19,034 bases of DNA from a virus (Duplodnaviria; Heunggongvirae; Uroviricota; Caudoviricetes). The first letter of the stretch is position 1; every line of letters begins with the position of its first letter. Shown piece by piece: positions 7,412 to 15,954 of this stretch. The DNA lies in the IMG/VR virus record IMGVR_UViG_2740892047_000005. One strand, 5' to 3'. A program made the translations under genes and the position numbers. The notes below the pieces were generated by a model. That model saw nothing but the letters and a program-made list of their open reading frames with translations. It did not search any database and was not told where the DNA came from.

Positions 7412-8362
7412 CTCTTGGGGAAACACCGTTTTGATACCGTTGCCAGCGAATATAACACTTTAATTAATTACGGTAAGTAACTTATAACAGTCAATAGATG
7501 TAAATAGAGATGGTGTGGAATCATTACTTGATGCTTTGGCACGCTACCGCCACAAACTCGTTGTGGTGAGTCTGTGGTATGTAGTCAAAACATAGATTTG
7601 CTGTTGTAATGTTACACCTGCATGGGTAACAAAATCTAGTGCGATACACATAGCCACTGACCATCTATACTGGTTTAATATACAGCATTTTATGACGATT
7701 CTCAATTATGAAACTAACTATTTTACAACCAGTTATGGATATCTATGCTTTTATGTACTAAAAATTCTTTAGTTACAGATGTATTGATGACGAGAAATTG
7801 CTAAAGCAAGATGAGTAAGGAACTAAATCAATAAAGTGGGGGCGGGGGGAGTTCGAGTGGCTAGGAGCATAGCGCTTGATTACTTTTGGTGGTTGAAAAA
7901 TGTTCGGTTGGGTGTCGCTAGGTGACTAATAGCTAAATTGGGAGATATACATATATAATATGAAATAAATCCCCACTTAATGCTTGTGAAATATTTATGT
8001 GACAAGCGGGTGTTCTTATTGATATTAAAATTCAATAACAGTGAGTTTTTATTCTTTTCTAAGTTTTGTAAATTGTTCTCACAGAGAAGGTTTAATTGTA
8101 TGTGCCTATATTTTTTTCTAGTGAATATAATGTCGGAATATATTAATATTGGCATATTCAGCAATGACTTCAAATATTCTTGATTTTCGATAATCAACTC
8201 GCCATAATCTCGTTGCTGTCGGCCTGAACATCCGGCGGTGGGGTTGCGCTAAACGGGGACGTTTATGCGCACACACAATCCAAACTCTCTTCTCCCTTCA
8301 CAGATGCAGAAATGCACCTGCGATTTTTTGTATTCTGCGTTTTACCTCTACGGAGGTGAAGC

Positions 8363-8818
8363 GTGAACCTCCCACAAGATGGTATCAAATTGCATCGCGG
8401 TAACTTCACCGCTATCGGTCGGCAGATCCAGCCTTATCTGGAGGAGGGCAAATGCTTTCGCATGGTGCTTAAACCGTGGCGCGAGAGACGCAGTCTTTCC
8501 CAGAATGCACTCAGCCACATGTGGTACAGCGAAATCAGTGAATACCTCATCAGCAAGGGTAAAACGTTCGCCACTCCAGCTTGGGTAAAAGATGCTCTCA
8601 AACACACATATCTCGGTTATGAAACCAAAGACCTGGTTGATGTCGTAACCGGTGATATCACCACTATCCAGTCGTTACGCCATACCTCCGATCTTGATAC
8701 CGGAGAGATGTATGTCTTCCTGTGTAAGGTTGAAGCCTGGGCGATGAATATTGGCTGCCACCTGACTATTCCGCAGAGCTGCGAGTTCCAGCAGCTCCGC
8801 GACAAACAGGAGGCGTAA
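8363..8818 (+). CDS. ybcN: YbcN-like nin-region protein, 151 aa
   Basis: GTG start at 8363 with SD GGAGG (8352-8356). [58 protein letters not shown]... matches DLP12 YbcN as I recall it. First gene of a tightly coupled nin-type operon. Confidence 0.8.
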   Translation: MNLPQDGIKLHRGNFTAIGRQIQPYLEEGKCFRMVLKPWRERRSLSQNALSHMWYSEISEYLISKGKTFATPAWVKDALKHTYLGYETKDLVDVVTGDITTIQSLRHTSDLDTGEMYVFLCKVEAWAMNIGCHLTIPQSCEFQQLRDKQEA

Positions 8819-8988
8819 TGGCTACACCGCTTATTCGTGTCATGAACGGACACATCTACAGAGTACCAAATCGTCGTAAGCGTAAACCGGAGCTGAAGCC
8901 TTCCGAAATACCAACACTGCTCGGATATACCGCCAGCCTGGTTGATAAAAAATGGTTGCGACTGGCAGCAAGGAGGAATCATGGCTGA
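8818..8988 (+). CDS. ninE: NinE-like small protein, 56 aa
   Basis: Hand translation from ATG 8818 (overlaps the ybcN stop, TAATG): [56 protein letters not shown]. Basic and small, in the NinE position. Below the ORF-track length cut-off. Confidence 0.7.
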   Translation: MATPLIRVMNGHIYRVPNRRKRKPELKPSEIPTLLGYTASLVDKKWLRLAARRNHG

Positions 8989-9271
8989 TTTGAGAAAAGC
9001 AGCGCGTAGTCGGGAATGCCAGGTAAGAATCCCTGGCGTATGTAATGGCAACCCTGAAACGTCTGTACTGGCACATATCCGGCTGACTGGATTGTGCGGC
9101 ACCGGTACCAAACCGCCAGACCTGATTGCCACCATTGCATGTTCTGCCTGCCACGACGAAATCGACCGCCGCACACATTTTGTCGATGCTGCATATGCAA
9201 AAGAATGCGCGCTGGAAGGTATGGCGAGAACACAGGTTATCTGGCTGAAAGAGGGGGTTATTAAGGCGTGA
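8981..9271 (+). CDS. ybcO: YbcO-like protein (DUF1364 family, Cys-rich putative nuclease), 96 aa
   Basis: ATG 8981 with SD AGGAGG (8971-8976): [64 protein letters not shown]... Cys/His-rich. The ORF track extends it upstream to 8942. Confidence 0.8.
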   Translation: MADLRKAARSRECQVRIPGVCNGNPETSVLAHIRLTGLCGTGTKPPDLIATIACSACHDEIDRRTHFVDAAYAKECALEGMARTQVIWLKEGVIKA

Positions 9272-9630
9272 ATACCTACAGCATCACATTACCCTGGCCT
9301 CCGAGCAATAATCGCTATTACCGCCATAATCGTGGGCGCACGCACGTCAGCGCAGAGGGGCAGGCATACCGCGATAACGTCGCCCGAATCATTAAAAACG
9401 CAATGCTGGATATCGGCCTGGCTATGCCTGTGAAAATCCGCATTGAGTGCCACATGCCGGATCGCCGTCGCCGTGACCTGGATAATCTGCAAAAAGCCGC
9501 TTTTGACGCACTCACTAAAGCAGGTTTCTGGCTGGATGATGCTCAGGTCGTTGATTACCGCGTTGTGAAGATGCCTGTTACCAAAGGTGGGTGGCTGGAA
9601 CTGACCATCACCGAAATGGGGAATGAATGA
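9268..9630 (+). CDS. rusA: Holliday-junction resolvase RusA, 120 aa
   Basis: [100 protein letters not shown]... matches E. coli RusA from memory. Confidence 0.93.
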   Translation: MNTYSITLPWPPSNNRYYRHNRGRTHVSAEGQAYRDNVARIIKNAMLDIGLAMPVKIRIECHMPDRRRRDLDNLQKAAFDALTKAGFWLDDAQVVDYRVVKMPVTKGGWLELTITEMGNE

Positions 9631-9767
9631 TGTTTGAGTTTAATATGGCAGAACTTCTTCGCCACCGCTGGGGGCGTCTGCGCTTATATCGTTTCCCCGG
9701 TTCTGTTTTGACCGATTACCGAATACTGAAGAATTACGCCAAAACCCTGACAGGAGCAGGAGTATGA
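9627..9767 (+). CDS. ylcG: YlcG-like small protein, 46 aa
   Basis: Hand translation from ATG 9627 (overlapping the rusA stop): [46 protein letters not shown]. Position between rusA and Q as in DLP12. Confidence 0.65.
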   Translation: MMFEFNMAELLRHRWGRLRLYRFPGSVLTDYRILKNYAKTLTGAGV

Positions 9768-9852
9768 AGTCAGAGATAACAATCAACTAATACTGTTTTG
9801 TTGATTTTTGCTTGTAATTGGCGTTCTGGTCTGATTTTTGTGGAGTAAGTTG

Positions 9853-10236
9853 ATGCGTGATATTCAGATGGTTCTTGAGCGTTGGGGAGCGTGGGCGGCT
9901 AATAATCATGAAGATGTGACCTGGTCGTCCATTGCCGCCGGTTTTAAGGGATTAATTCCTTCAAAAGTAAAATCTCGCCCGCAATGTTGTGACGATGACG
10001 CGATGATCATTTGCGGGTGCATGGCCCGTCTGAAAAAGAACAACAGCGATTTGCACGATTTATTAGTAGATTATTATGTAGTCGGTATGACATTCATGTC
10101 ACTGGCAGGTAAGCATTGCTGCTCTGATGGTTATATCGGGAAAAGGTTACAGAAGGCTGAGGGCATAATTGAAGGGATGTTAATGGCATTAGATATCCGG
10201 TTAGAGATGGATATCGTTGTTAATAACTCTAATTAA
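9853..10236 (+). CDS. quuD: Late-gene antiterminator Q (quuD-type), 127 aa
   Basis: ATG 9853 with SD GGAG (9842-9845): [34 protein letters not shown]...[18 protein letters not shown]... Cys-rich zinc-binding pattern of Q proteins. Matches DLP12 QuuD as I recall it. ORF track starts at 9838. Confidence 0.88.
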   Translation: MRDIQMVLERWGAWAANNHEDVTWSSIAAGFKGLIPSKVKSRPQCCDDDAMIICGCMARLKKNNSDLHDLLVDYYVVGMTFMSLAGKHCCSDGYIGKRLQKAEGIIEGMLMALDIRLEMDIVVNNSN

Positions 10237-10252
10237 TATGCCAATTGTTTAC

Positions 10253-10415
10253 TAAAAATTATTAAAAATGGGGCGTTGCAACGCCCCCAAAAATAAAGGG
10301 TAATATATAACAGAAGGTTTATATAGTTAGAAGCAAGGTTGTGCTCCTAAAGGAAGTGGCTTGAGGGAGCCACTTATATGTTGGGGAGGCAAAGCCTCCC
10401 GCAACATATCTTTTT
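10253..10415. terminator. Intergenic hairpin cluster between convergent Q and nmpC: likely nmpC terminator(s), possibly also the PR'/qut/tR' region
   Basis: Perfect palindrome GGGGCGTTGCAACGCCCC (10270-10287) followed on the minus strand by a U-rich run (rc of ctaaaaattattaaaaat). Further hairpins agtggcttgagggagccact (10355-10373) and gggaggcaaagcctccc (10384-10400), the latter followed by a T-run on plus (10411-10415). Strand assignment is uncertain. Confidence 0.4.
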
Positions 10416-10425
10416 CGTAATCAGA

Positions 10426-11523
10426 TTAGAACTGGTAAACCAGACCTACAGCAACGATGTCATCAGTGCTTACACCGAGTGCTTTAGTGAAGTCATTTTT
10501 GTCAAGCAGGTTGATTTTGTAATCAACGAAAGTAGACATATTTTTGTTGAAGTAATAGGTTGCACCTACATCAACATATTTGACTAAGTCCTGATCGCCC
10601 CATACTCCAAGATCCTTACCTTTAGATTGCAGGTAAGCAACGGACGGACGCAGACCGAAATCGAACTGATATTGTGCAACAGCTTCGAAGTTTTGAGCTT
10701 TATTAGCAACGAAGTGATCAGCAAATACAGTCATATTCTGGGTTTCAGAATAGGTAGTGGCCAGGTAAATGTTGTTAGCGTCATATTTCAGACCTGCGGC
10801 CCAAACTTCTGCATTTTTACCGGAAGCAAATACTTCAGGAAGAACTTTCCCTGCATTAACTTGAGTGTCGGTACGATCAGATTTTGCATAAGTTGCACCG
10901 ATACCGAATCCTTCGTATTCATAGGTAGCAGAGAAACCGAAGCCATCACCGTTACCTTCGGTGTAGTTATCGAAATCGCTACGATCGTTTTTGCCTTGGT
11001 ACTGAGCAGCAAAGTTCAGACCATCAACCAGGCCAAAGAAGTCGTTGTTACGATAGGTTGCAACACCAGTGGTGCGACCAGTCATGAACACATCTGTTTG
11101 GGTCCAGGTATCGCCACCGAATTCTGGCAGAACGTCAGTCCACGCACCGATGTCGTATGCTACACCGTAGTTACGGCCGTAATCGATGGAGCCGTAGTCA
11201 CCGAATTTCAGGCCAGCGAAGGCAAGACGGGTTTTATCTTTGGAGGAACCTTGAGATTCAGCGCGGTTGCCTTTGAATTCATATTCCCACTGACCGAAAC
11301 CAGTCAGTTGATCGTTGATTTGGGTTTCACCTTTGAAGCCAAGACGGGCATAAGTAGTATCACCATCATCTGCATCATTAGAGGAGAAGTAGTGCTTAGC
11401 ATTAACTTTCCCGTACAGATCCAGCTTGTTACTGTCTTTATTATAAATTTCAGCTGCCTGAGCAGACATCGCCATCAGTACTGATGCAGCTACAGCAGAA
11501 ATTGCCACTGTTAATTTTTTCAT
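10426..11523 (-). CDS. nmpC: Outer-membrane general porin of the OmpC/OmpF/NmpC family, 365 aa, intact
   Basis: Signal peptide [23 protein letters not shown], then [24 protein letters not shown]... and C-terminal ...VAVGLVYQF (terminal Phe typical of beta-barrel OMPs). Convergent to Q, between Q and the lysis cassette, as nmpC is in DLP12. Confidence 0.93.
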   Translation of the reverse strand: MKKLTVAISAVAASVLMAMSAQAAEIYNKDSNKLDLYGKVNAKHYFSSNDADDGDTTYARLGFKGETQINDQLTGFGQWEYEFKGNRAESQGSSKDKTRLAFAGLKFGDYGSIDYGRNYGVAYDIGAWTDVLPEFGGDTWTQTDVFMTGRTTGVATYRNNDFFGLVDGLNFAAQYQGKNDRSDFDNYTEGNGDGFGFSATYEYEGFGIGATYAKSDRTDTQVNAGKVLPEVFASGKNAEVWAAGLKYDANNIYLATTYSETQNMTVFADHFVANKAQNFEAVAQYQFDFGLRPSVAYLQSKGKDLGVWGDQDLVKYVDVGATYYFNKNMSTFVDYKINLLDKNDFTKALGVSTDDIVAVGLVYQF

Positions 11524-11951
11524 CGTGAGCCCTTTTTTTTGAACTATTATTAAAAAATGATGTCACTGCGCGATAAATATTCATCTAATCAATATGATTA
11601 TTTCAAGATGTAAGTTTTGGTTTCTCGTTTGATTTGTGAAGTAGATCTCTATTTTTATCTGAACTTTTTTCTATCGAATCCTATTCATGGCTCTTGGCTG
11701 AATAAAAATAAATCTATTAGCCAATTTATATTAACGGTTGTTATTTATAAGTGCTCTATGATTTGAAGGTTCAATTTAAATCGGCTAAAAATAACACTAG
11801 AAATTATTTGTTGGTTATTTGTTGAGATTTGCTTATGTATTTGTAGTGGTGTTTTCAATACTCGGTAGCATTCTCGCAAATATCATTTAGTGGTTTACGT
11901 ACGTAAAAAATTGGTTATGCTGTTAAGAGTGGTTACTTCGTCACACAGCTT

Positions 11952-11984
11952 AAACCCGCCGTCGAGCGGGTTTTTCCATTTTTT
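11952..11984 (+). terminator. Rho-independent terminator on the plus strand, upstream of the holin gene
   Basis: Stem aaacccgc / gcgggttt with loop cgtcga (11952-11973), followed by ttccatttttt. Confidence 0.45.
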
Positions 11985-12096
11985 GAGTCTCGATATTAGC
12001 TGATAACCCAATACCTGAGTTATTCACTGACTCCGAGTCTGTTACGTTTCGTAGTATTCCCTCAATTTACACCCGCTTTGTCTGCGAGGTGGGGTT

Positions 12097-12312
12097 ATGA
12101 AATCCATGGATAAGTTAACAACGGGTGTCGCCTATGGCACCTCAGCAGGTAGTGCCGGTTACTGGTTTTTACAGCTGCTCGATAAAGTCACGCCCTCACA
12201 GTGGGCAGCAATAGGTGTGCTGGGTAGCCTGGTATTTGGCCTGCTGACGTACCTGACAAACCTTTATTTCAAGATTAAAGAAGATAAGCGCAAGGCTGCG
12301 AGAGGTGAATAA
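12097..12312 (+). CDS. essD: Class II holin of the phage 21 S (pinholin) type with dual-start motif, 71 aa
   Basis: [71 protein letters not shown]: two TM segments, charged C-terminus, Met1-Lys2-Ser3-Met4 dual start. Resembles S21/EssD from memory. Confidence 0.88.
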
Positions 12313-12809
12313 TGCCTCCATCATTACGAAAAGCTGTTGCTGCTGCTATTGGTGGCGGGGCTATTGCTATAGCATCTGTGTTAATCACTGGCCCAAGTGG
12401 TAACGATGGTCTGGAAGGTGTGAGACATAATCCTTACAAAGACATAGTTGGTGTATGGACTGTATGTTACGGGCATACAGGAAAAGACATCATTCCCGGT
12501 AAAACGTATACCGAAGCAGAGTGCAAAGCCCTCCTGAATAAAGACCTTGCCACTGTCGCCAGACAAATTAACCGGTACATCAAAGTCGATATACCGGAAA
12601 CAACGCGCGGCGCTCTTTACTCGTTCGTCTACAACGTGGGTGCTGGCAATTTCAGAACATCGACGCTTCTTCGCAAAATAAACCAGGGTGATATTAAAGG
12701 CGCATGTGATCAGCTACGGCGCTGGACATACGCTGGCGGTAATCAATGGAAAGGACTGATGACTCGCCGTGAGATTGAGCGTGAAGTCTGTTTGTGGGGG
12801 AAACAATGA
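12312..12809 (+). CDS. rrrD: SAR endolysin (T4-lysozyme-like glycoside hydrolase with N-terminal signal-anchor-release domain), 165 aa
   Basis: Gly/Ala-rich weakly hydrophobic N-terminus [20 protein letters not shown] (SAR-like). Catalytic triad spacing E-x8-D-x5-T in [17 protein letters not shown] as in T4 lysozyme (E11/D20/T26). Start overlaps holin stop (TAATG). Confidence 0.88.
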   Translation: MPPSLRKAVAAAIGGGAIAIASVLITGPSGNDGLEGVRHNPYKDIVGVWTVCYGHTGKDIIPGKTYTEAECKALLNKDLATVARQINRYIKVDIPETTRGALYSFVYNVGAGNFRTSTLLRKINQGDIKGACDQLRRWTYAGGNQWKGLMTRREIEREVCLWGKQ

Positions 12810-13243
12810 GCAGAGTAACCGCGATTATCTCCGCTCTGGTTATCTGCATCATCGTCTGCCTGTCATTGGCTGTTAATCATTACCGTGATAACGCCATGAC
12901 CTACAAAGAACAGCGCGACAAAGCCACATCCATCATCGCTGACATGCAGAAGCGTCAACGTGACGTAGCAGAACTCGATGCCAGATATACAAAGGAGCTT
13001 GCTGATGCTAACGCGACTATCGAAAGTCTCCGTGATGATGTTTCTGCTGGGCGTAAGCGGCTGCAAGTCGCCGCCTCCTGTGCAAAGTCAAAGACCGGAG
13101 CCAGCAGCATGGGCGATGGAGAAAGCCCAAGACTTACAGCAGATGCTGAACTCAATTATTACCGTCTCCGAAGTGGAATCGACAGGATAACCGCGCAGGT
13201 TAACTACCTGCAGGAGTACATCAGGACGCAATGTCTGAAATAA
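12806..13243 (+). CDS. Spanin inner-membrane subunit Rz (i-spanin), 145 aa
   Basis: ATG 12806 overlapping the endolysin stop (ATGA). N-terminal [20 protein letters not shown], then a coiled-coil-like charged periplasmic domain. Position after the endolysin. Confidence 0.82.
   Translation: MSRVTAIISALVICIIVCLSLAVNHYRDNAMTYKEQRDKATSIIADMQKRQRDVAELDARYTKELADANATIESLRDDVSAGRKRLQVAASCAKSKTGASSMGDGESPRLTADAELNYYRLRSGIDRITAQVNYLQEYIRTQCLK
13005..13190 (+). CDS. Spanin outer-membrane lipoprotein subunit Rz1 (o-spanin), embedded in the +1 frame of Rz, 61 aa
   Basis: ATG 13005 with strong SD AAAGGAG (12991-12997). [20 protein letters not shown] signal plus lipobox, followed by Pro-rich [13 protein letters not shown]. 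Entirely inside Rz in another frame, the classic Rz/Rz1 arrangement. Confidence 0.72.
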   Translation: MLTRLSKVSVMMFLLGVSGCKSPPPVQSQRPEPAAWAMEKAQDLQQMLNSIITVSEVESTG

Positions 13244-13274
13244 TTTTTTTGCAAATCACAAAGTCCATTTAATG

Positions 13275-13333
13275 AGCCTCGCGATGCGGGGCTTTTTTGC
13301 AATAAATGCGTACCGCAACGCATGTTTTTTTTT
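13275..13333 (+). terminator. Two tandem rho-independent terminators downstream of the lysis cassette
   Basis: T1: agcctcgc-gatg-cggggct followed by tttttt (13275-13298). T2: atgcgt-accgca-acgcat followed by g + T9 (13306-13333). Confidence 0.5.
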
Positions 13334-13448
13334 ACACCGAACCTGCCCCTTTGGAATGGGCCTTTGAGGATACCAGTTAGTGCTGGCGAGCCTCGGTGGG
13401 CTGGTTTCCTGTGCGGCAAAGGTTCATTTCAAATGGTAGGTAAACGTT

Positions 13449-13970
13449 ATGAATATCGTGCCACTTAATTACAAAGGTGAAATTGTCAGTTTCAACACTG
13501 ATGGTTGGATCAACGTCACAGGTGTTGCTGAGAGATTTGGGAAACGCATTGATAACTGGATGCGTTTGGCAGAAACGCTTGAATACGTTCGTGCTTTAGA
13601 CGAAGCGTTGACCGGGAAAGAATCTCAAATTTTACATCCCTCACAATCGAGGTATGTAAAAACCAGCAAGGCACGAAAGGACAGGGGTGGTGGTACGTGG
13701 CTACATCCAAAACTTTCAGTTGCATTTGCCCGTTGGTGTGATGCTCGTTTTGCTGTGTGGTGCGACCTGCACATTGATAGTCTGCTTCGCGGTGAACTGA
13801 CTGAGCAGCAGAAATATGAGCAAGCATGTCGCATTCGCGATGACCGGAAATCAAAAGCCAGCAATGGGGCAAGAGAGATGGCTCGCTGGCGATGGGATAA
13901 GCCGGTTATTGAAGCAAATGTTGAGTACTGGCGCGAGCAACTGCAGTTGACTCTCGATATCGCGTGCTGA
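13449..13970 (+). CDS. KilA-N domain protein (antirepressor-like N-terminal DNA-binding domain), 173 aa
   Basis: N-terminal region NYKGEIVSFNTDGWINVTGVAERFGKRIDNWMRL...WLHPKLSVAFARWCD fits the KilA-N/APSES-like pattern as I recall it; not verified by HMM. Confidence 0.7.
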   Translation: MNIVPLNYKGEIVSFNTDGWINVTGVAERFGKRIDNWMRLAETLEYVRALDEALTGKESQILHPSQSRYVKTSKARKDRGGGTWLHPKLSVAFARWCDARFAVWCDLHIDSLLRGELTEQQKYEQACRIRDDRKSKASNGAREMARWRWDKPVIEANVEYWREQLQLTLDIAC

Positions 13971-14319
13971 TGGCAAACGCAAAACTGCGTTATCGAAAAA
14001 ATCAAAGCATTACTAGAACTGAGCAACGGCTATCCATTACAAAGCCCATCTACGGGTGGGCTTGATAATGGCTTATACCCTGCACGGGATAACTTAACTG
14101 ATATCCCTTTTAACGGATAAAGGCATTCAAGCCTGACACATCATGCGCTGTATCGTCGCCGTATTCCCGTATTAACAGAGACCGTAGCCCGACGGGGAAC
14201 TCCTTCTGCGCGAGTGTGCGGGAATAATCAAAAACGATGCACACCGGGGTTACCGGGTACACATATTTCATCATGCCAGCGAGTCCGGTTCTGGCACGGA
14301 AGAAACCGGACGTTATGAT

Positions 14320-14730
14320 TTAGTGCGGAAATATTTGTGTAGTGTTCTGAATGTTCTCAGTAAAGAGTAATGAATTATCAAAGGTATAGTAATACCTTTT
14401 GTTTTCGTGGATATTTGTAATCCATCTGAAAACCCCTGCTGTAGCAAGATTTTTTCTGTATTCGTAAAATGATAACTCTCCTGATTTGAATCCTTTTAAG
14501 GTGGCTTCTATAAGGCATTTATTTTTTGAAAATCTTACATTTACAACCTTACCCTGTCCTTTTATTAAAACCGTATTATCGTTTTCAAGAACAAGATGAA
14601 TATTCTCTGTGGCTAAATAGTAAATGTAATGTGAGACATTGTGACGTTTTAGTTCAGAATAAAACCAGTGATAGTTTAAATTATTTCGCACTTTATCGAA
14701 TATTTGTTTAAAAATGGCAACCTGAGCCAT
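14320..14730 (-). CDS. ybcV: YbcV-like protein (DUF1398 family), 136 aa, AT-rich
   Basis: From ATG 14730 (SD GGAAGG 7 nt upstream): [58 protein letters not shown]... matches DLP12 YbcV as I recall it. ORF track starts 5 codons earlier at 14745, with no SD. Confidence 0.75.
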   Translation of the reverse strand: MAQVAIFKQIFDKVRNNLNYHWFYSELKRHNVSHYIYYLATENIHLVLENDNTVLIKGQGKVVNVRFSKNKCLIEATLKGFKSGELSFYEYRKNLATAGVFRWITNIHENKRYYYTFDNSLLFTENIQNTTQIFPH

Positions 14731-14786
14731 TGTAGTACCTTCCATGTGATATGAGGGGCGTAGTCTGCACGATTATCTAAATTGCT

Positions 14787-15020
14787 TCAATCTGGTCTAA
14801 CCTGTTTTCTGAGCAATTCAGTAATGTCACTCTTTTCTTTGTTTGCTTCAGGCGAAACTCTTTTTTCTGAGCACAGTCTCCGGCGGCAGGCTTCAATGAC
14901 CCAGGCTGAGAAATTCCCGGACCCTTTTTGCTCAAGAGCGATGTTAATTTGTTCAATCATTTGGTTAGGAAAGCGGATGTTGCGGGTTGTTGTTCTGCGG
15001 GTTCTGTTCTTCGTTGACAT
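14787..15020 (-). CDS. Small basic protein, YlcI-like (DUF3950), 77 aa
   Basis: MSTKNRTRRTTTRNIRFPNQMIEQINIALEQKGSGNFSAWVIEACRRRL...: N-terminal part looks like a ribbon-helix-helix-type DNA-binding segment and resembles DLP12 YlcI from memory. Confidence 0.6.
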   Translation of the reverse strand: MSTKNRTRRTTTRNIRFPNQMIEQINIALEQKGSGNFSAWVIEACRRRLCSEKRVSPEANKEKSDITELLRKQVRPD

Positions 15021-15189
15021 GAGGTTGCCCCGTATTCAGTGTCGCTGATTTGTATTGTCTGAAGTTGTTTTTACGTTAAGTTGATGCAGATCAATTAATA
15101 CGATACCTGCGTCATAATTGATTATTTGACGTGGTTTGATGGCGTAGATGCACGTTGTGACATATAGATGATAATTATTATCATTTTGC

Positions 15190-15408
15190 GGGTCCTTTCC
15201 GGCGATCCGACAGGTTACGGGGCGGCGACCTCGCGGGTTTTCGCTATTTATGAAAATTTTCCGGTTTAAGGCGTTTCCGTTCTTCTTCGTCATAACTTAA
15301 TGTTTTTATTTAAAATACCCTCTGAAAAGAAAGGAAACGACAGGTGCTGAAAGCGAGCTTTTTGGCCTCTGTCGTTTCCTTTCTCTGTTTTTGTCCGTGG
15401 AATGAACA
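15190..15408. other. cos site: cosQ/cosN/cosB; cosN 12-nt cohesive-end sequence GGGCGGCGACCT at 15220-15231
   Basis: Sequence ...gcgggtcctttccggcgatccgacaggttacg|gggcggcgacct|cgcgggttttcgctatttatg... is the joined right and left ends of lambda (from memory). Downstream are the repeated cgtttcc-containing small-terminase binding elements (R3, R2, R1) before nu1. Confidence 0.88.
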
Positions 15409-15928
15409 ATGGAAGTCAACAAAAAGCAGCTGGCTGATATTTTCGGTGCGAGTATCCGTACCATTCAGAACTGGCAGGAGCAGGGAATGCCCGTTCTGCG
15501 AGGCGGTGGCAAGGGTAATGAGGTGCTTTATGATTCTGCCGCCGTCATAAAATGGTATGCCGAAAGGGATGCTGAAATTGAGAACGAAAAGCTGCGCCGG
15601 GAAGTTGAAGAACTGCGGCAGGCCAGCGAGACAGATCTCCAGCCAGGGACTATTGAGTACGAACGCCATCGACTTACGCGTGCGCAGGCCGACGCACAGG
15701 AGCTGAAAAATGCCAGAGACTCCGCTGAAGTGGTGGAAACCGCATTCTGTACTTTCGTGCTGTCGCGGATCGCAGGTGAAATTGCCAGTATTCTCGACGG
15801 GATCCCCCTGTCGGTGCAGCGGCGTTTTCCGGAACTGGAAAACCGACATGTTGATTTCCTGAAACGGGATATCATCAAAGCCATGAACAAAGCAGCCGCG
15901 CTGGATGAACTGATACCGGGGTTGCTGA

Positions 15929-15954
<26 letters not shown>
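15409..15954 (+). CDS. nu1: Terminase small subunit Nu1, 181 aa
   Basis: MEVNKKQLADIFGASIRTIQNWQEQGMPVLRGGGKGNEVLYDSAAVIKWYAERDAEIENEKLRREVEELRQ... matches lambda gpNu1 from memory. Confidence 0.95.

Noticed and set aside
7880-8197. ORFs 7880..8197 (minus, 105 aa) and 7980..8183 (plus, 67 aa) in the AT-rich spacer
   Set aside because: Mutually overlapping, extremely N/K/I/L/F-rich, no RBS; most likely non-coding. Kept as part of the spacer finding.
8348-9515. Several minus- and plus-strand ORFs in the nin region (8348..8605, 8379..8588, 8617..9174, 8840..9178, 8979..9233, 9289..9492, 9318..9515)
   Set aside because: Overlap the translationally coupled ybcN-ninE-ybcO-rusA operon on the other strand or frame; no independent support.
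10378-11484. Plus-strand ORFs 10378..10587 and 10627..11484 and minus ORF 10788..11012 overlapping the porin gene
   Set aside because: Antisense or alternative-frame artefacts of the long porin ORF.
12381-13419. Minus-strand ORFs within the lysis cassette and terminator region (12381..12566, 12863..13066, 12955..13155, 13204..13419)
   Set aside because: Antisense to holin/endolysin/Rz; the last spans the tandem terminators.
13516-14026. Minus-strand ORFs antisense to the KilA-N gene (13516..13872, 13625..14026)
   Set aside because: Cys/Ser/Arg-rich antisense translations; the plus-strand KilA-N frame has recognisable domain features.
14526-15048. Plus-strand ORFs 14526..14711 and 14782..15048
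   Set aside because: Antisense to the YbcV-like and YlcI-like genes.
15036-15890. ORFs across cos and antisense to nu1 (15036..15293, 15310..15849, 15344..15550, 15528..15890)
   Set aside because: cos is non-coding in lambda and this region matches it; the others are antisense or out of frame to Nu1.
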